A stretch of DNA of 57,897 bases, the filler included, from Asterionella formosa (Eukaryota): the NCBI GenBank assembly GCA_002256025.1. It is 8 parts of 8 records of this genome, joined end to end, with 100 filler letters (N's around TTAATTAATTAA, not from the genome) between each part and the next. Parts side by side here need not be neighbours in the genome. Positions count along the whole stretch, not along the records: positions 43,530 to 50,664 come from NKIB01012518.1; positions 50,765 to 57,897 come from NKIB01012519.1; 6 more parts are not named here. One strand, written 5' to 3'. Positions within the stretch are counted from its first letter, which is position 1. Each line of letters starts with the position of its first letter. The position numbers and the translations under genes are program-made. Shown here piece after piece: positions 47,401-57,897 of this stretch. The notes under the pieces were generated by a model. The model saw only the letters and a program-made list of their open reading frames with translations, did not search any database and was not told the DNA's origin.

Positions 47401-48492
47401 AATTCAATGTGAAAAATGTGCCATCGACAGCTTAAATTTTCTTTGTCAATATTAATGAATTAGAATTATTCTTATACAATTTTTTTGTCTATGTTGAGAT
47501 TGATGTATGTACCAAATAGAAAAAGGGTCACTTTCATTTTTTCATGAAGGCAAATGTTATTTTCGTCATGGTCAAGGCTGACACGACACGATGCAGTACT
47601 CTCCAGCCGCTCAGAACGACTCCACTGCTGAAGTGGTCAATATATACTACGAAAAAATGCAGAATCCAAGCTAAATAATTACATACTAGTGCCTACGAGT
47701 GTTACCAGTAGGGTACCTGGTACCTTGTGGATGAATCAAGCAAATGATATGATATAGCTATGAATTGTAGGTAGGCAGTGTCATTAGCAACAGCATTATG
47801 TAGGTAGATAGTTGTGATGGCAGTTTAATTGATATGATGATATTACACATCAGCAGGCAAAACAACTTGAAGCAAAATGGTGAAACTTTAAGCAAAATGC
47901 ATTGAAGCAAATGACAGAATAAGCAAAACATATTGGTCTCAATATTTTTAGCTAAATCAGTTTAAAGCTAAATATAGTTTGAAACAATGTGCCGGCCTGG
48001 TTGGTTTATTAAACGAAATTCAAAGAGATAAAAAACATGTAACAAATTGGAATTGGAATCTCCATTGCCGGGACAAAGACGTACGTACGAAGGTAGCACT
48101 GCGTTTGGATATAGCAAAATTACCTCAACTTGCCAGATGCATACAAAAAAGTACATCATCCTGCAGGCAGGCTTTTGAAAACACGCACCGTGCATCGGAA
48201 CTTGAGTTCTCGCCTGTTCGCAAATCTTGGGATGGAAAGGGCTATTTTAATTATTGCCCTCCTTGGATTGCGCTCGGTTTAATCTAGCGAACTGGCATCA
48301 TAGAGATTTGGGAACACTTGTTCTAGATGTCGTACTGAAGAAATCGAATGATAATGAGAATATTTACATGCATACGTGTAGCGATCACAAATGAGGCACG
48401 ATGACACGACTACTTGGCAGTGGTTTGTACTTAATAAATCTATGAGAATAGTTGTTCCAATTCAACAATTAGGTTGCTAATGAGAACCGTCA

Positions 48493-49338
48493 ATGCTTGT
48501 ACAAAGAATGAGGTCAGGTCAGATTCCGATCAGTCCTGGAATTTGTTGCCACGTCGAATACTTTCAACCAATCAAAAGGGATGCTTGCTGCATTACTTGG
48601 ATCCCGCGGATCTCCATGCCATCCTTCGTCAAAAAACATGATACTTCTCCTTCACACAATTTAAAATCTTTACTCATAGCTAAGAAGCAAATGTACCCTC
48701 GTCCTTGCTGCAATCGAACCACTTCAACCCTCTCACAAACAACAATGGTATCTCAAATCAGCTCACGAGTTTTCCCTGGATACTCCTCCGGCGTCTGCGC
48801 TACAAGTGATTCTTTGTGCCCCAACAACCAAAATGAAAATAATGGTGACAATGATGAAGTATCATCTCAGCCTCAATGCAGCATTAATTTGCGAACGAAT
48901 CACAAGAGGAAGTTATCAGATACCGACGAGAACACGAAATGGAGGAGGATGAGCGAGATGCACTTTGCGGTGTCAACGGTGCGCGAGGATCTGTTTCGAG
49001 CTGGCAAGCCGTATCCCGAGGTTCGAACTGCACGACCCAGGGCCATTACTCTCGCCACTTTGGATATGAGCGGCGTTCGATTGATGAGTTCGAAAGAATG
49101 TTCGTCTCCATTCTTTACTCCTGCAGCCATTGACTGGAACTCAAAGTTGACGTATGATTTGCTTACTGACTTTGGATCAGTCTACAACGAGGTTCTACAG
49201 CCGTGTGCAGCGACATCTTACGAACCAAAGCAAATGTATAAACTAAACAAATCTCAGACCAATTGTTGTGGTCCGCCGATATACCAATCAAAACCTGGTA
49301 AGTGGCTTACAATAGAGAATGATAGCAACATTAAATGA
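48493..49338 (+). CDS. Hypothetical protein (likely start at 48745; possible intron from about 49298)
   Basis: 281-codon ORF with an NLS-like HKRK; no recognisable domain. Confidence 0.35.
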   Translation: MLVQRMRSGQIPISPGICCHVEYFQPIKRDACCITWIPRISMPSFVKKHDTSPSHNLKSLLIAKKQMYPRPCCNRTTSTLSQTTMVSQISSRVFPGYSSGVCATSDSLCPNNQNENNGDNDEVSSQPQCSINLRTNHKRKLSDTDENTKWRRMSEMHFAVSTVREDLFRAGKPYPEVRTARPRAITLATLDMSGVRLMSSKECSSPFFTPAAIDWNSKLTYDLLTDFGSVYNEVLQPCAATSYEPKQMYKLNKSQTNCCGPPIYQSKPGKWLTIENDSNIK

Positions 49339-49615
49339 TTAAGGTACCTGTTTATTTGCATTCTTTTGTTTTACATAAACCTCCGCTTCGAGGGCTCTCA
49401 TTCAGAGTTCTTCGCTCTAGTGCGTAGTCTACCTTCAACGATTAGGGAATTATATGGTTATCTTCCATTTTCATATTCCTACGCGTATCATTAAAATATT
49501 CAGTTTTAGCTAGTCACATTCTATTATAACTTGTCCTTGTCACTCCGCTCAACACAGATGGATGCATGATATATACTAAATTTCACATTCGCTTGTTTGC
49601 GTGTTCCCCACGCAT

Positions 49616-50521
49616 TTACTCCTCTAAAACCGCACTGACACCAGGTAGCACAATACGTGCAATATCGTGCAATCGTTTCAACGCCTTCTTGGAATCCTCA
49701 TCGCCCAAAATTGCAGCCTTATAATACCACAAGCATGCTTCTTCATCACTCTGAGGTACCCCTCGAGCTTCTTCAAATGCTTCACCAACACTGTATTTGC
49801 TAGTGACATGCCCTTGATTGGCGGCGCGAATGTACCATTCCAGGGCTTGTTCGTCATTCTGGTCGACTCCACAACCCAGTTCCCAGCACATCGCATATTC
49901 CGCCATGGCTTCGACATGTCCTCCTGTGGCAGCCTTTCCAAAATATTCTGCTGCAGCGTACATATCGATTTCTACACCGTAAGTCCCATACTCGTATAGT
50001 TTGGCCAGTTCGTGAGCAGCGTCCAAGTCTTGTGCCAAGTCAAAGGCAGCAGTGAGCCAAGCCAATCCAAGGGTCGTGTGTTGTTCGGCACCATCTCCTT
50101 GCAAATAGCACTGTGCCAGCTTACGAATGGCAGGAGCAAAGGGTGTAGTGCTAGGATTTGTGTTTACTTCGAGCGAAGTTTCATTCACAATCACACCAGA
50201 GAGCTCTTCCAACAATTGTAGGGCCCTAGTGGGATTAGCGTCAAGGCCCCGAGTGCCTTCCAACATGCTTTGCGCCAATTCCCATTTAGCAGCGTGGCCT
50301 CCGTGGTTAGCAGCATCCATTAAGATATCAGCGCAGGTGGAGTGCACTGTGGATAGTTTTGCCAAGTCACCCCAGTCTAGATAGTCCACCAGACAATGCG
50401 ATAGTAGCTCAGCAGGGAGATTCAGAAGTGGACTGCAACTTCCAAAGCAGTTTTGCACCTTTTCGGAAAAGTAAAGAGGCGAGATGGAAGGCGTCTTCAT
50501 GGCACTGATTGATTCAGTCAT
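49616..50521 (-). CDS. F-box-like + Sel1-like repeat protein
   Basis: LLNLPAELLSHCLVDYLDWGDL is F-box-like. Repeated A..LA.CY..G.G....A..WY..AA..G Sel1 units. Confidence 0.88.
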   Translation of the reverse strand: MTESISAMKTPSISPLYFSEKVQNCFGSCSPLLNLPAELLSHCLVDYLDWGDLAKLSTVHSTCADILMDAANHGGHAAKWELAQSMLEGTRGLDANPTRALQLLEELSGVIVNETSLEVNTNPSTTPFAPAIRKLAQCYLQGDGAEQHTTLGLAWLTAAFDLAQDLDAAHELAKLYEYGTYGVEIDMYAAAEYFGKAATGGHVEAMAEYAMCWELGCGVDQNDEQALEWYIRAANQGHVTSKYSVGEAFEEARGVPQSDEEACLWYYKAAILGDEDSKKALKRLHDIARIVLPGVSAVLEE

Positions 50522-50764
50522 TGTTGATTGAACAGTCAAGGGGAATGCGAGAGTTGAGTGTGTGAGCAGCAAGGAACAAAAGCTGTTCGTCGTTTCGCTG
50601 TTGCTTATAGAAAGAAATGAGTGTGTTGGTACAAGTAACGGTATATATGCTGGTACCTGGTACCNNNNNNNNNNNNNNNNNNNNNNNNNNNNNNNNNNNN
50701 NNNNNNNNTTAATTAATTAANNNNNNNNNNNNNNNNNNNNNNNNNNNNNNNNNNNNNNNNNNNN

Positions 50765-50826
50765 TTAATCTAGAGGGTAAAGATAGCCAAATCTTTAGTT
50801 TCAGCAAAATTACCGCCACTTCCAGG
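50765..50826 (-). mobile_element. MITE family A, partial copy at the scaffold start
   Basis: AAATCTTTAGTTTCAGCAAAATTACCGCCACTTCCAGG|TA is the reverse complement of the family's left arm. Confidence 0.75.
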
Positions 50827-51789
50827 TACTGGTTGGTACCAGGTACCAGGTACCTTTATATTGACAGCCATGCGGATCATTGTGGAGGAATTGAGAACAT
50901 CCGCTGCACTCTCTGGTCAATAGTAAGACGGACAAATACCCTTCGTTCAGGATGGAACTTCAACTGATGGTCCACCAGTCAAAAACTGCTTGTTGCGGCC
51001 TCACAGTTACACATTTCGAGGTCTGGATTTTACCAACATATTAAGATGATGTTGTACCTCAATACATACGTTATGTAAAACAAAATAAAATAGTTTAAGA
51101 TAAAATTAGCTTTCACCAATACAACCACTTTGCACATGGTGCTTAGATAATATATGTGTGCTATCCCAATTTAAACAGGCATCATGATAGTTTGCACCAT
51201 AGCAACAAATGATTATGGTCTGCCTACATCGTGTACCCCAGTATGCATCCTGAAATGATCTGGGGACCATCACAACTTTGGATATGCTGGTCAATCAATT
51301 GTTGTCCAAGAATGCAAGCTTGTGGTGATGACTGTTAAGTCCACTTCTATCTCAACAATCACTGCAAACAAATCTAACAGCAGCTGCAACACATCTTTGC
51401 AGGAACTCGACAGTAGGGCTAGAGGCAATCTCACAAAGCACGCACAAGGCAAGAATGCATTTGTACAAAAGATTGAATTTCTGCAATGCATAGATGCTCA
51501 AAAGTTTGAAGTTGAAAAGGAAGGTTTAAGATGCAGAGCGGAATAATAGAGAAAAAAGAATTGTAGTGCCTTAATGACTTGGACAAGTATTTCACTTGGG
51601 CCCAAATAAATTGACACTACTAGTACCAGTTTTATTAATCCATACAGTACAATGGGACCTGTTTTTTATATCTAGAGCAGTACATGCTGTACCATAGTAG
51701 GACAGCCAAAAGGTTTCTGTTGAGGTGAAGTTGCGAAAATGAGATATTTCTACATTGTTGAATAAATATATTGAGCTAGCATCACCATT

Positions 51790-52176
51790 TAAATAAAAAA
51801 GGATTGCATGTTTTATAGCCCATTCGTACTCCCCTAATTCCAGGCAAGTCTTCCATTGGCTGTGCTGCTAGTACCTGCCAACAAAAACTGTGCTTCCCTA
51901 GTTTTGTAAGCATAGGTGAGTTCCCAACCAGCCATTTTTGGTGAAAAGTGATCATCGTAGCCACTGCATAAGGAGAAACTCCGACCGCCTAGCAGGAAGG
52001 CGGCACAAGCTGCTTGTAGGGGGGAGGGGGCAAACCACTATTTCTTGCACACCAGGCAAGACCTTGCGGGATGGTGAGGAGTGTGGGAGTCGACGAACCC
52101 AACAACCAAATTGTGGGATTCGAACATCAAAACCTCAGATCAAAGGCAACATGCTAAACCACTAAGCCATTCCCTC
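51790..52176 (-). mobile_element. tRNA-derived SINE-like element or tRNA pseudogene
   Basis: Minus strand has A box TGGCTTAGTGG (52169-52159) and B box GTTCGAATCC (52125-52116) at tRNA spacing, but no acceptor stem. A GC-richer body follows; the 3' end is uncertain. Confidence 0.5.
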
Positions 52177-52555
52177 ATCACCTTTTCTTTATGATTATCT
52201 TCGACTAGAAAACTATTTAACTATCTCCCCAAAAAAATTCATATGGAGTATTCTGCAGCTCACGTTTGTTTTTACCTTTGGTTTGCATTACCAGCCCTGG
52301 TGTTCATATCATCCTTACTTACCAACCCAGTAGTACTATTATCTCAAAAAAAATATGGTAGTGACTTTGGGCGTTGGAATTCGGGGATCAATAGCAGTTT
52401 TATTCTTCTAAACGGTACAACAGGACCTGTCATTTTTGTTCACCAGCCACACAAACGGAACCCTACGGACTACATGAAAACGAAAGACAGTTGGAGAATG
52501 CAGGAATCGAACTCGCCACCTCGGAAGGATATGACGGCAATAATGCTTACCCTCC

Positions 52556-52725
52556 ATCATCTATAGATGATACTAATGGTAGATTTATACGTGACAGTGT
52601 TATTGGGCACCCTACATAACCTATAGATACTAATGGTACCAGGTACCAGGCAGTCCTCTGTTTCCACATAATGGCGCCATTGCTTGGTGCCCTCTATCAC
52701 CTATAGATACTAATGGTACTGGTAG
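52556..52725. repeat. Three copies of CTATAGATACTAATGGTA
   Basis: At about 52561 (with a 3-nt insertion), 52621 and 52701. Confidence 0.75.
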
Positions 52726-52974
52726 TAGGCTGTTTCTATGTGATGATGGCGTTATTGGTGTTCCTATGATAGTTGTTACTTTCCATGTCAACGCTGTTGT
52801 TGCACCATTGGTAGTCCGGCAACAATGGTTTCCATGTGAATGTTTTTGTCATGTCATCTCTGTTTTTATCGATTTTCATTTGTGTTGAGTTCAAGAAAAT
52901 TATCATGAGAACGAGCTTTTTGAGCATCAAAGAAAATGGAACACAGAGAGGTTGTGTGGGACCTCATCTCCTTC

Positions 52975-53385
52975 ATTGTTGAGACTGGGTTGCATGCTCC
53001 TCTATTTCCAAAGAACACTAATGTCTCTTAGTAAGTCATGCAAACTCTTATAGTATCCTGGAAAACACTGTCACAAAGAGATTTTAGGGGCTGCAAGAAG
53101 GCCCAGACAAGGAGCAGGCAATACTGTGTGTGCTTATTGAAGTGTCACAACGACGGATCGATTCAATTTGTTGGATGATACAAGTTAGAAATAACAAGAG
53201 TGTCTAGAATACAGTGAAGTTGTTGTGCGGGGCCTGCACAACCTTACTGTTGTTGCTGAAACTGGGTCACCTGCTCCTGTATTTCGAAATAACAGTAATA
53301 TCTCTTATTTCCTGGAAAAGACTGTCACAAAGCGATTTTTAGGAAGTTGCCTTGCAGTCATGTTTGTATTAAAATGTCATGTGGA
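52975..53385. repeat. Diverged direct duplication
   Basis: TGAGACTGGGT..ATGCTCCT.TATTTC...CCTGGAAAA.ACTGTCACAAAG.GATTTT occurs from about 52980 and about 53257. Confidence 0.65.
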
Positions 53386-53847
53386 AATTGCTTGCAGAGA
53401 GGGAGTTGAATACAAGTGTGCTGCCTGTACCAAGAAAGGGGCACACCAGGCGAAACCTTGGTTTATAAATGGTATTTCTGCTAATGCATTGATTATCTTT
53501 ATTGGATCTTCAAAAACACCCAAGATTTCATTCACATTGGCAACAACAAAGGAACAATGGGACTAGTAATAAGTACTAAAATAAACCTTCAACACGGCAT
53601 GTTGACATGCAAAAAGGCAAAAGGTAGAACCCAACAACCACTTATGATGTGCACAGCTACATGTTGAAATTTCATCTCTACCATAACTAATTACTAGCTG
53701 TCTTAGCTTTCGTCCGGTTTTGACGCATTTGTTTCAAGTCATTCCAGATCTCCGCCCAATTTATATATAGTTTGTTGCAACAATTAAATTAAACTATTTC
53801 CTGAACTTCACTTTCTCACATTGTTATTGGGTTGCCTGTTTCCATGT

Positions 53848-55139
53848 TTATTCTGCCTTCATTGCTGAAGCTTCATCCCACAAATTCTGAAACAAGGCTG
53901 TGGATAAATAACGTTCACCAAAGGATGGAATAACAAGAACAATTCTCTTTCCAGCATTGGCAGGACGTTTGGCCAAATTCAAGGCAGCAACCACGGCAGC
54001 ACCAGAACTGATTCCACAAAAGATTCCCTCCTTGGTTGCCATATCTCTTGCCATTGCCATGGCTTCTTCACCAGTCACTTGAATAACTTCATCAATAAGG
54101 CTAGTATCAGCATTTCCAGGAATGAACCCAGCTCCAATACCCTGAATCTTGTGTGGTCCGGCCTTGCCACCACTAAGGACAGCACTTTCAGCAGGTTCCA
54201 CAGCAACAATCTGAATGGATGGATTGAGTGGTTTTAAATACTGAGCACAGCCAGTAATGGTACCACCAGTCCCAACCCCACCCACCAAGATATCCACCTT
54301 GCCATTGGTATCTTTCCATATTTCAGGGCCAGTTGTTTCGCGATGGACCTTGGGATTGTCGGGGTTGTTGAATTGTTGCAATAGGAATCCATTACCTCCA
54401 AGAGATGCAACAATTTCTTCGGCCTTGCCAATGGCTCCACCCATGCCCTTGGCAGCTGGTGTGAGGACCACAGTAGCTCCGAATGCCTTGAGGAGCTATA
54501 AATGGTGGTTGTGTGAGGCATTATAGTGAGTTTGAGCAGTATATGTAAATATATAAATTTATACAATCAACATTCAAGGGAACCCAACAATCCCACATTT
54601 CTAGATACACACAACAAATGATAACCTACCACACGACGCTCCATACTCATACTTTCTGGCATGGTCAAGATAAGTTTATACCCTTTGCAAGCAGCTACCA
54701 TGGCCAATCCAATTCCAGTATTCCCAGACGTGGGTTCCACAAGAGTGGTCCGATCAGGAGAAATGTCCCCGCGTTGCTCTGCCATGGTAATCATACTGAG
54801 TGCAATACGGTCCTTGACACTATTGGCAGGATTACTGGATTCAAGTTTACAAACCACTTCAGCAACACATCCTTCCGCAAGTCGATTCAATTTGACCATT
54901 GGTGTGTTTCCAATCAATTCAAGAATGTTATCTGCAATGGCAGTCGCTTTCATGCTGGTAGTGGTGGTGGCGGTACTAGAAGCGGTAGCAGTGGCAGTAG
55001 CAGTGGTTGGTGCTGTGATGGGCGCTTGTGAATGCGCCTTGGAAAGACGACGACTGCTGCTGGTTACAACGAAGGCAGTGCTTGTGGTTGCTACTGATGC
55101 AACAAGGCAAGAGAGGAGGATGGCAGCTTGCGAATACAT
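53848..55139 (-). CDS. cysK: Cysteine synthase (O-acetylserine(thiol)lyase), plastid-targeted; exons 55139-54630 and 54495-53848
   Basis: IGNTPMV, SVKDRIA (PLP lysine), [39 protein letters not shown] and SFGERYLST motifs. Signal peptide + TSTA-F. Confidence 0.96.
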
Positions 55140-55170
55140 TATGATGATGAGGATTTCAATATATATTCTA

Positions 55171-56050
55171 NNNNNNNNNNNNNNNNNNNNNNNNNNNNNN
55201 NNNNNNNNNNNNNNNNNNNNNNNNNNNNNNNNNNNNNNNNNNNNNNNNNNNNNNNNNNNNNNNNNNNNNNNNNNNNNNNNNNNNNNNNNNNNNNNNNNNN
55301 NNNNNNNNNNNNNNNNNNNNNNNNNNNNNNNNNNNNNNNNNNNNNNNNNNNNNNNNNNNNNNNNNNNNNNNNNNNNNNNNNNNNNNNNNNNNNNNNNNNN
55401 NNNNNNNNNNNNNNNNNNNNNNNNNNNNNNNNNNNNNNNNNNNNNNNNNNNNNNNNNNNNNNNNNNNNNNNNNNNNNNNNNNNNNNNNNNNNNNNNNNNN
55501 NNNNNNNNNNNNNNNNNNNNNNNNNNNNNNNNNNNNNNNNNNNNNNNNNNNNNNNNNNNNNNNNNNNNNNNNNNNNNNNNNNNNNNNNNNNNNNNNNNNN
55601 NNNNNNNNNNNNNNNNNNNNNNNNNNNNNNNNNNNNNNNNNNNNNNNNNNNNNNNNNNNNNNNNNNNNNNNNNNNNNNNNNNNNNNNNNNNNNNNNNNNN
55701 NNNNNNNNNNNNNNNNNNNNNNNNNNNNNNNNNNNNNNNNNNNNNNNNNNNNNNNNNNNNNNNNNNNNNNNNNNNNNNNNNNNNNNNNNNNNNNNNNNNN
55801 NNNNNNNNNNNNNNNNNNNNNNNNNNNNNNNNNNNNNNNNNNNNNNNNNNNNNNNNNNNNNNNNNNNNNNNNNNNNNNNNNNNNNNNNNNNNNNNNNNNN
55901 NNNNNNNNNNNNNNNNNNNNNNNNNNNNNNNNNNNNNNNNNNNNNNNNNNNNNNNNNNNNNNNNNNNNNNNNNNNNNNNNNNNNNNNNNNNNNNNNNNNN
56001 NNNNNNNNNNNNNNNNNNNNNNNNNNNNNNNNNNNNNNNNNNNNNNNNNT
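55171..56050. other. Assembly gap (N run)
   Basis: Continuous Ns. Confidence 0.99.
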
Positions 56051-56220
56051 ATGGATTCCATGACACTTAAATGAGTCGAATCATGTGTTGCCATGCCAAT
56101 CCCTCAGCTGGCAATGAGATTGAAGATTGACGATTGCTATAGTGATCTAATTCCAGTCTTGTCAACAAGTGAAAATTCGAAGATACTCATACAATGTCTT
56201 GTGAGAAGCAAAAGATGGCA

Positions 56221-56494
56221 TGATAAGGAAACAGTTAGTTTGGTCGCTAATTTGAGAATTTGCAATTGAGTCAATAGTGTTATTTGACTTTAGGTTAATT
56301 AGTTTATCTAGGTAGGAGCAGGAAGGCTAGCAGAGAAAAGCAAGTGGTACTAATGAGTTGTAGGACTACTAGCAAGGAAGAACCCAGGTAAAGGATAGTA
56401 CTCACCTGTGGGAAGGAGTACAAAGTCCTTTAATACTGATGCATAGGATAGTCTCACTTGCATCACTCCAAGATTTCGTAACCTGTTTTCAACA
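56221..56494 (-). mobile_element. Possible solo LTR
   Basis: Minus strand TGTTG...CCTTATCA ends; flanks GGCA/AGCA give only an imperfect TSD. Confidence 0.2.
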
Positions 56495-56740
56495 AGCAAG
56501 TATGGAAGAAATGTGTCCCTCCAAATTTGGCTACTAATCTATGCTTGAAAAAGTACATCAGTGGTGACAAACATGTCCTCACCCTATGCCAAAACAAAGT
56601 CTCATTTTGTTCAGACCCACTGATAATCACAGTTCCTAATATAATGATCAGCTCACTGTCAATGTGTCATATGGTGACTCATAGTATATAGGTAGTATTT
56701 CTGTACTATATCATTAATTTATAAATATCACTCAAGTGCA

Positions 56741-57619
56741 TTACAATTCAGGAAAGGATACTTTTCTCAAATCAGGTCTATTTTGAAAGGCATCCAACAT
56801 GACATATGGAAGTTCTTCTTCCTCTGTGCGCTTCAACAGTACATTTAAATCTGCTCTCATGACAGATTTAGGGATTGGTCCAATCAATGCAGTTTCAACA
56901 TTTCCCTCTTTATCTAAAAATGCCATGTGGGGGATAGTGTCCACTCCAAACATATCTACCAAGTACCCATTGTCACGTTCATCTCCATTGACCATTATAA
57001 AGTTGACAGAATCAGAATATTCATGTTCAATGGAGGCCAACGTCCCTGCCATATATTGACAATTGGTACACCATGGTGCCCAAAAATCAATGACTGTTGG
57101 TTTATTATTTTTACCAATAAGTGACAAGGGAGCAGATTGACTTTGCAATTGAACCAATAATGACAAAGGTGTTACGGGATGCAAATACTGGTATACGTAA
57201 TGACAAATGGCAAGTAATACAGATAAAAGGGCCGTGGCAATGTTTGTGGTTCGACGAGCTTGGAGGGAAGGTTCAACGTTCATGGCAGCAGTGTTAGTTG
57301 TTGTTGTTGGTTTCAATTTTGTAGAAACGGCAGCAGTCGAAGCTTCATCCCATTCATCAATTATAACTTGTTGTTGTTGTTGTAGTGGTTGATCAGCATC
57401 ATCATTACTACTACTACTGCTGCTACCACTTGTTGACGTAGCAAATAATGGTGGTAGTACCGAGTAACAATGCTCCTTCCTGGAGAGTGGTAATCGATTC
57501 ATGAGAATTGCACTTGGTGAAACGAGAGCATTGGTAACGATGATCAAAAGGGACAGCAACAGCAACGTTTCAGAAGTAAAAACACATGCGGTTCGTTTCT
57601 GTTGCTGTTTCATCGTCAT
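56741..57619 (-). CDS. HCF164: Thylakoid thioredoxin-like protein HCF164/TxlA (cytochrome c-type maturation)
   Basis: Signal + transit peptide, single TM, KPTVIDFWAPWCTNC, VNFIMVNGD and FGVDTIPHMAFLD motifs. Confidence 0.85.
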   Translation of the reverse strand: MTMKQQQKRTACVFTSETLLLLSLLIIVTNALVSPSAILMNRLPLSRKEHCYSVLPPLFATSTSGSSSSSSNDDADQPLQQQQQVIIDEWDEASTAAVSTKLKPTTTTNTAAMNVEPSLQARRTTNIATALLSVLLAICHYVYQYLHPVTPLSLLVQLQSQSAPLSLIGKNNKPTVIDFWAPWCTNCQYMAGTLASIEHEYSDSVNFIMVNGDERDNGYLVDMFGVDTIPHMAFLDKEGNVETALIGPIPKSVMRADLNVLLKRTEEEELPYVMLDAFQNRPDLRKVSFPEL

Positions 57620-57897
57620 TGTGATGATTCAATTCAGCGAGTTGTGATGTCCACGTTCTCCCACTTGTGTAAAGCAACAAGTTGAGTCTTTGTGTGACCC
57701 CTCAGTGTGGAAGGTGAGGTTAATACATAAATATTAAATGAAATAATTGAGAGACGACAACAGAAATTCTCCTGAGGAGGATGATTCGACTTCACGACAG
57801 CTGGCTTTTTTGCTGACGCTGGCTGGCTGTGCTGATCCTGATGCCTCAACTGCTGGAAGAGGTCATTCCCGACAGTGACCGATGACATCATGAACTA

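Noticed and set aside
51820..51850. 16S rRNA-like word (GCCTGG...GGGGAGTACG on the minus strand)
   Set aside because: Short interrupted match with no flanking rRNA similarity.
52105..52176. Functional tRNA gene
   Set aside because: Acceptor and anticodon stems do not pair; only the A and B boxes remain.
503..57392. Numerous 60-130-aa ORFs antisense to or overlapping real genes (e.g. 1601-1894, 36748-37026, 54257-54526, 56799-57059)
   Set aside because: Shadow frames of genuine coding sequence with no independent motifs.

Overview
Eukaryotic nuclear DNA, most likely from a diatom or other stramenopile alga. Evidence: short GT-AG introns, bipartite signal + ASAF-like plastid presequences, PGRL1, HCF164 and CBA1 homologues, and a diatom-type Ty1/copia element. 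The window is not one locus. It is eight unrelated scaffolds of 7162, 7161, 7160, 7153, 7150, 7143, 7135 and 7133 bp, sorted by length and joined by artificial 100-nt N44-TTAATTAATTAA-N44 spacers, so neighbourhood across spacers means nothing. Apparently intact genes: SDHAF2, maltose O-acetyltransferase, thiolase, GT11 fucosyltransferase, nitronate monooxygenase, a SAM methyltransferase, an S4/YaaA protein, CBA1, a secreted CULT-domain protein, LSm1, an RbfA-like protein, an F-box/Sel1 protein, plastid cysteine synthase and HCF164. The rest is mostly mobile or decayed DNA: two copies of a PIF/Harbinger element (one open, one CpG-decayed), a copia element whose gag is split by a 3.1-kb TA-flanked TIR element carrying gene-like cargo, a ~97-bp MITE family, a tRNA-headed SINE-like sequence and several pseudogene fragments. 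The strongest candidates for something new are: (i) the ubiquitous TA-CC[A/T]GG-TA and TA-CCGG-TA motifs, which match the predicted excision footprints of the CCAG...CTGG-ended MITE; (ii) an array of 21-nt heptad micro-exon-like units at 5.3-6.3 kb; (iii) the cargo-carrying TIR element; (iv) a captured, chimeric PGRL1 fragment. All calls come from reading the sequence; no searches were run.
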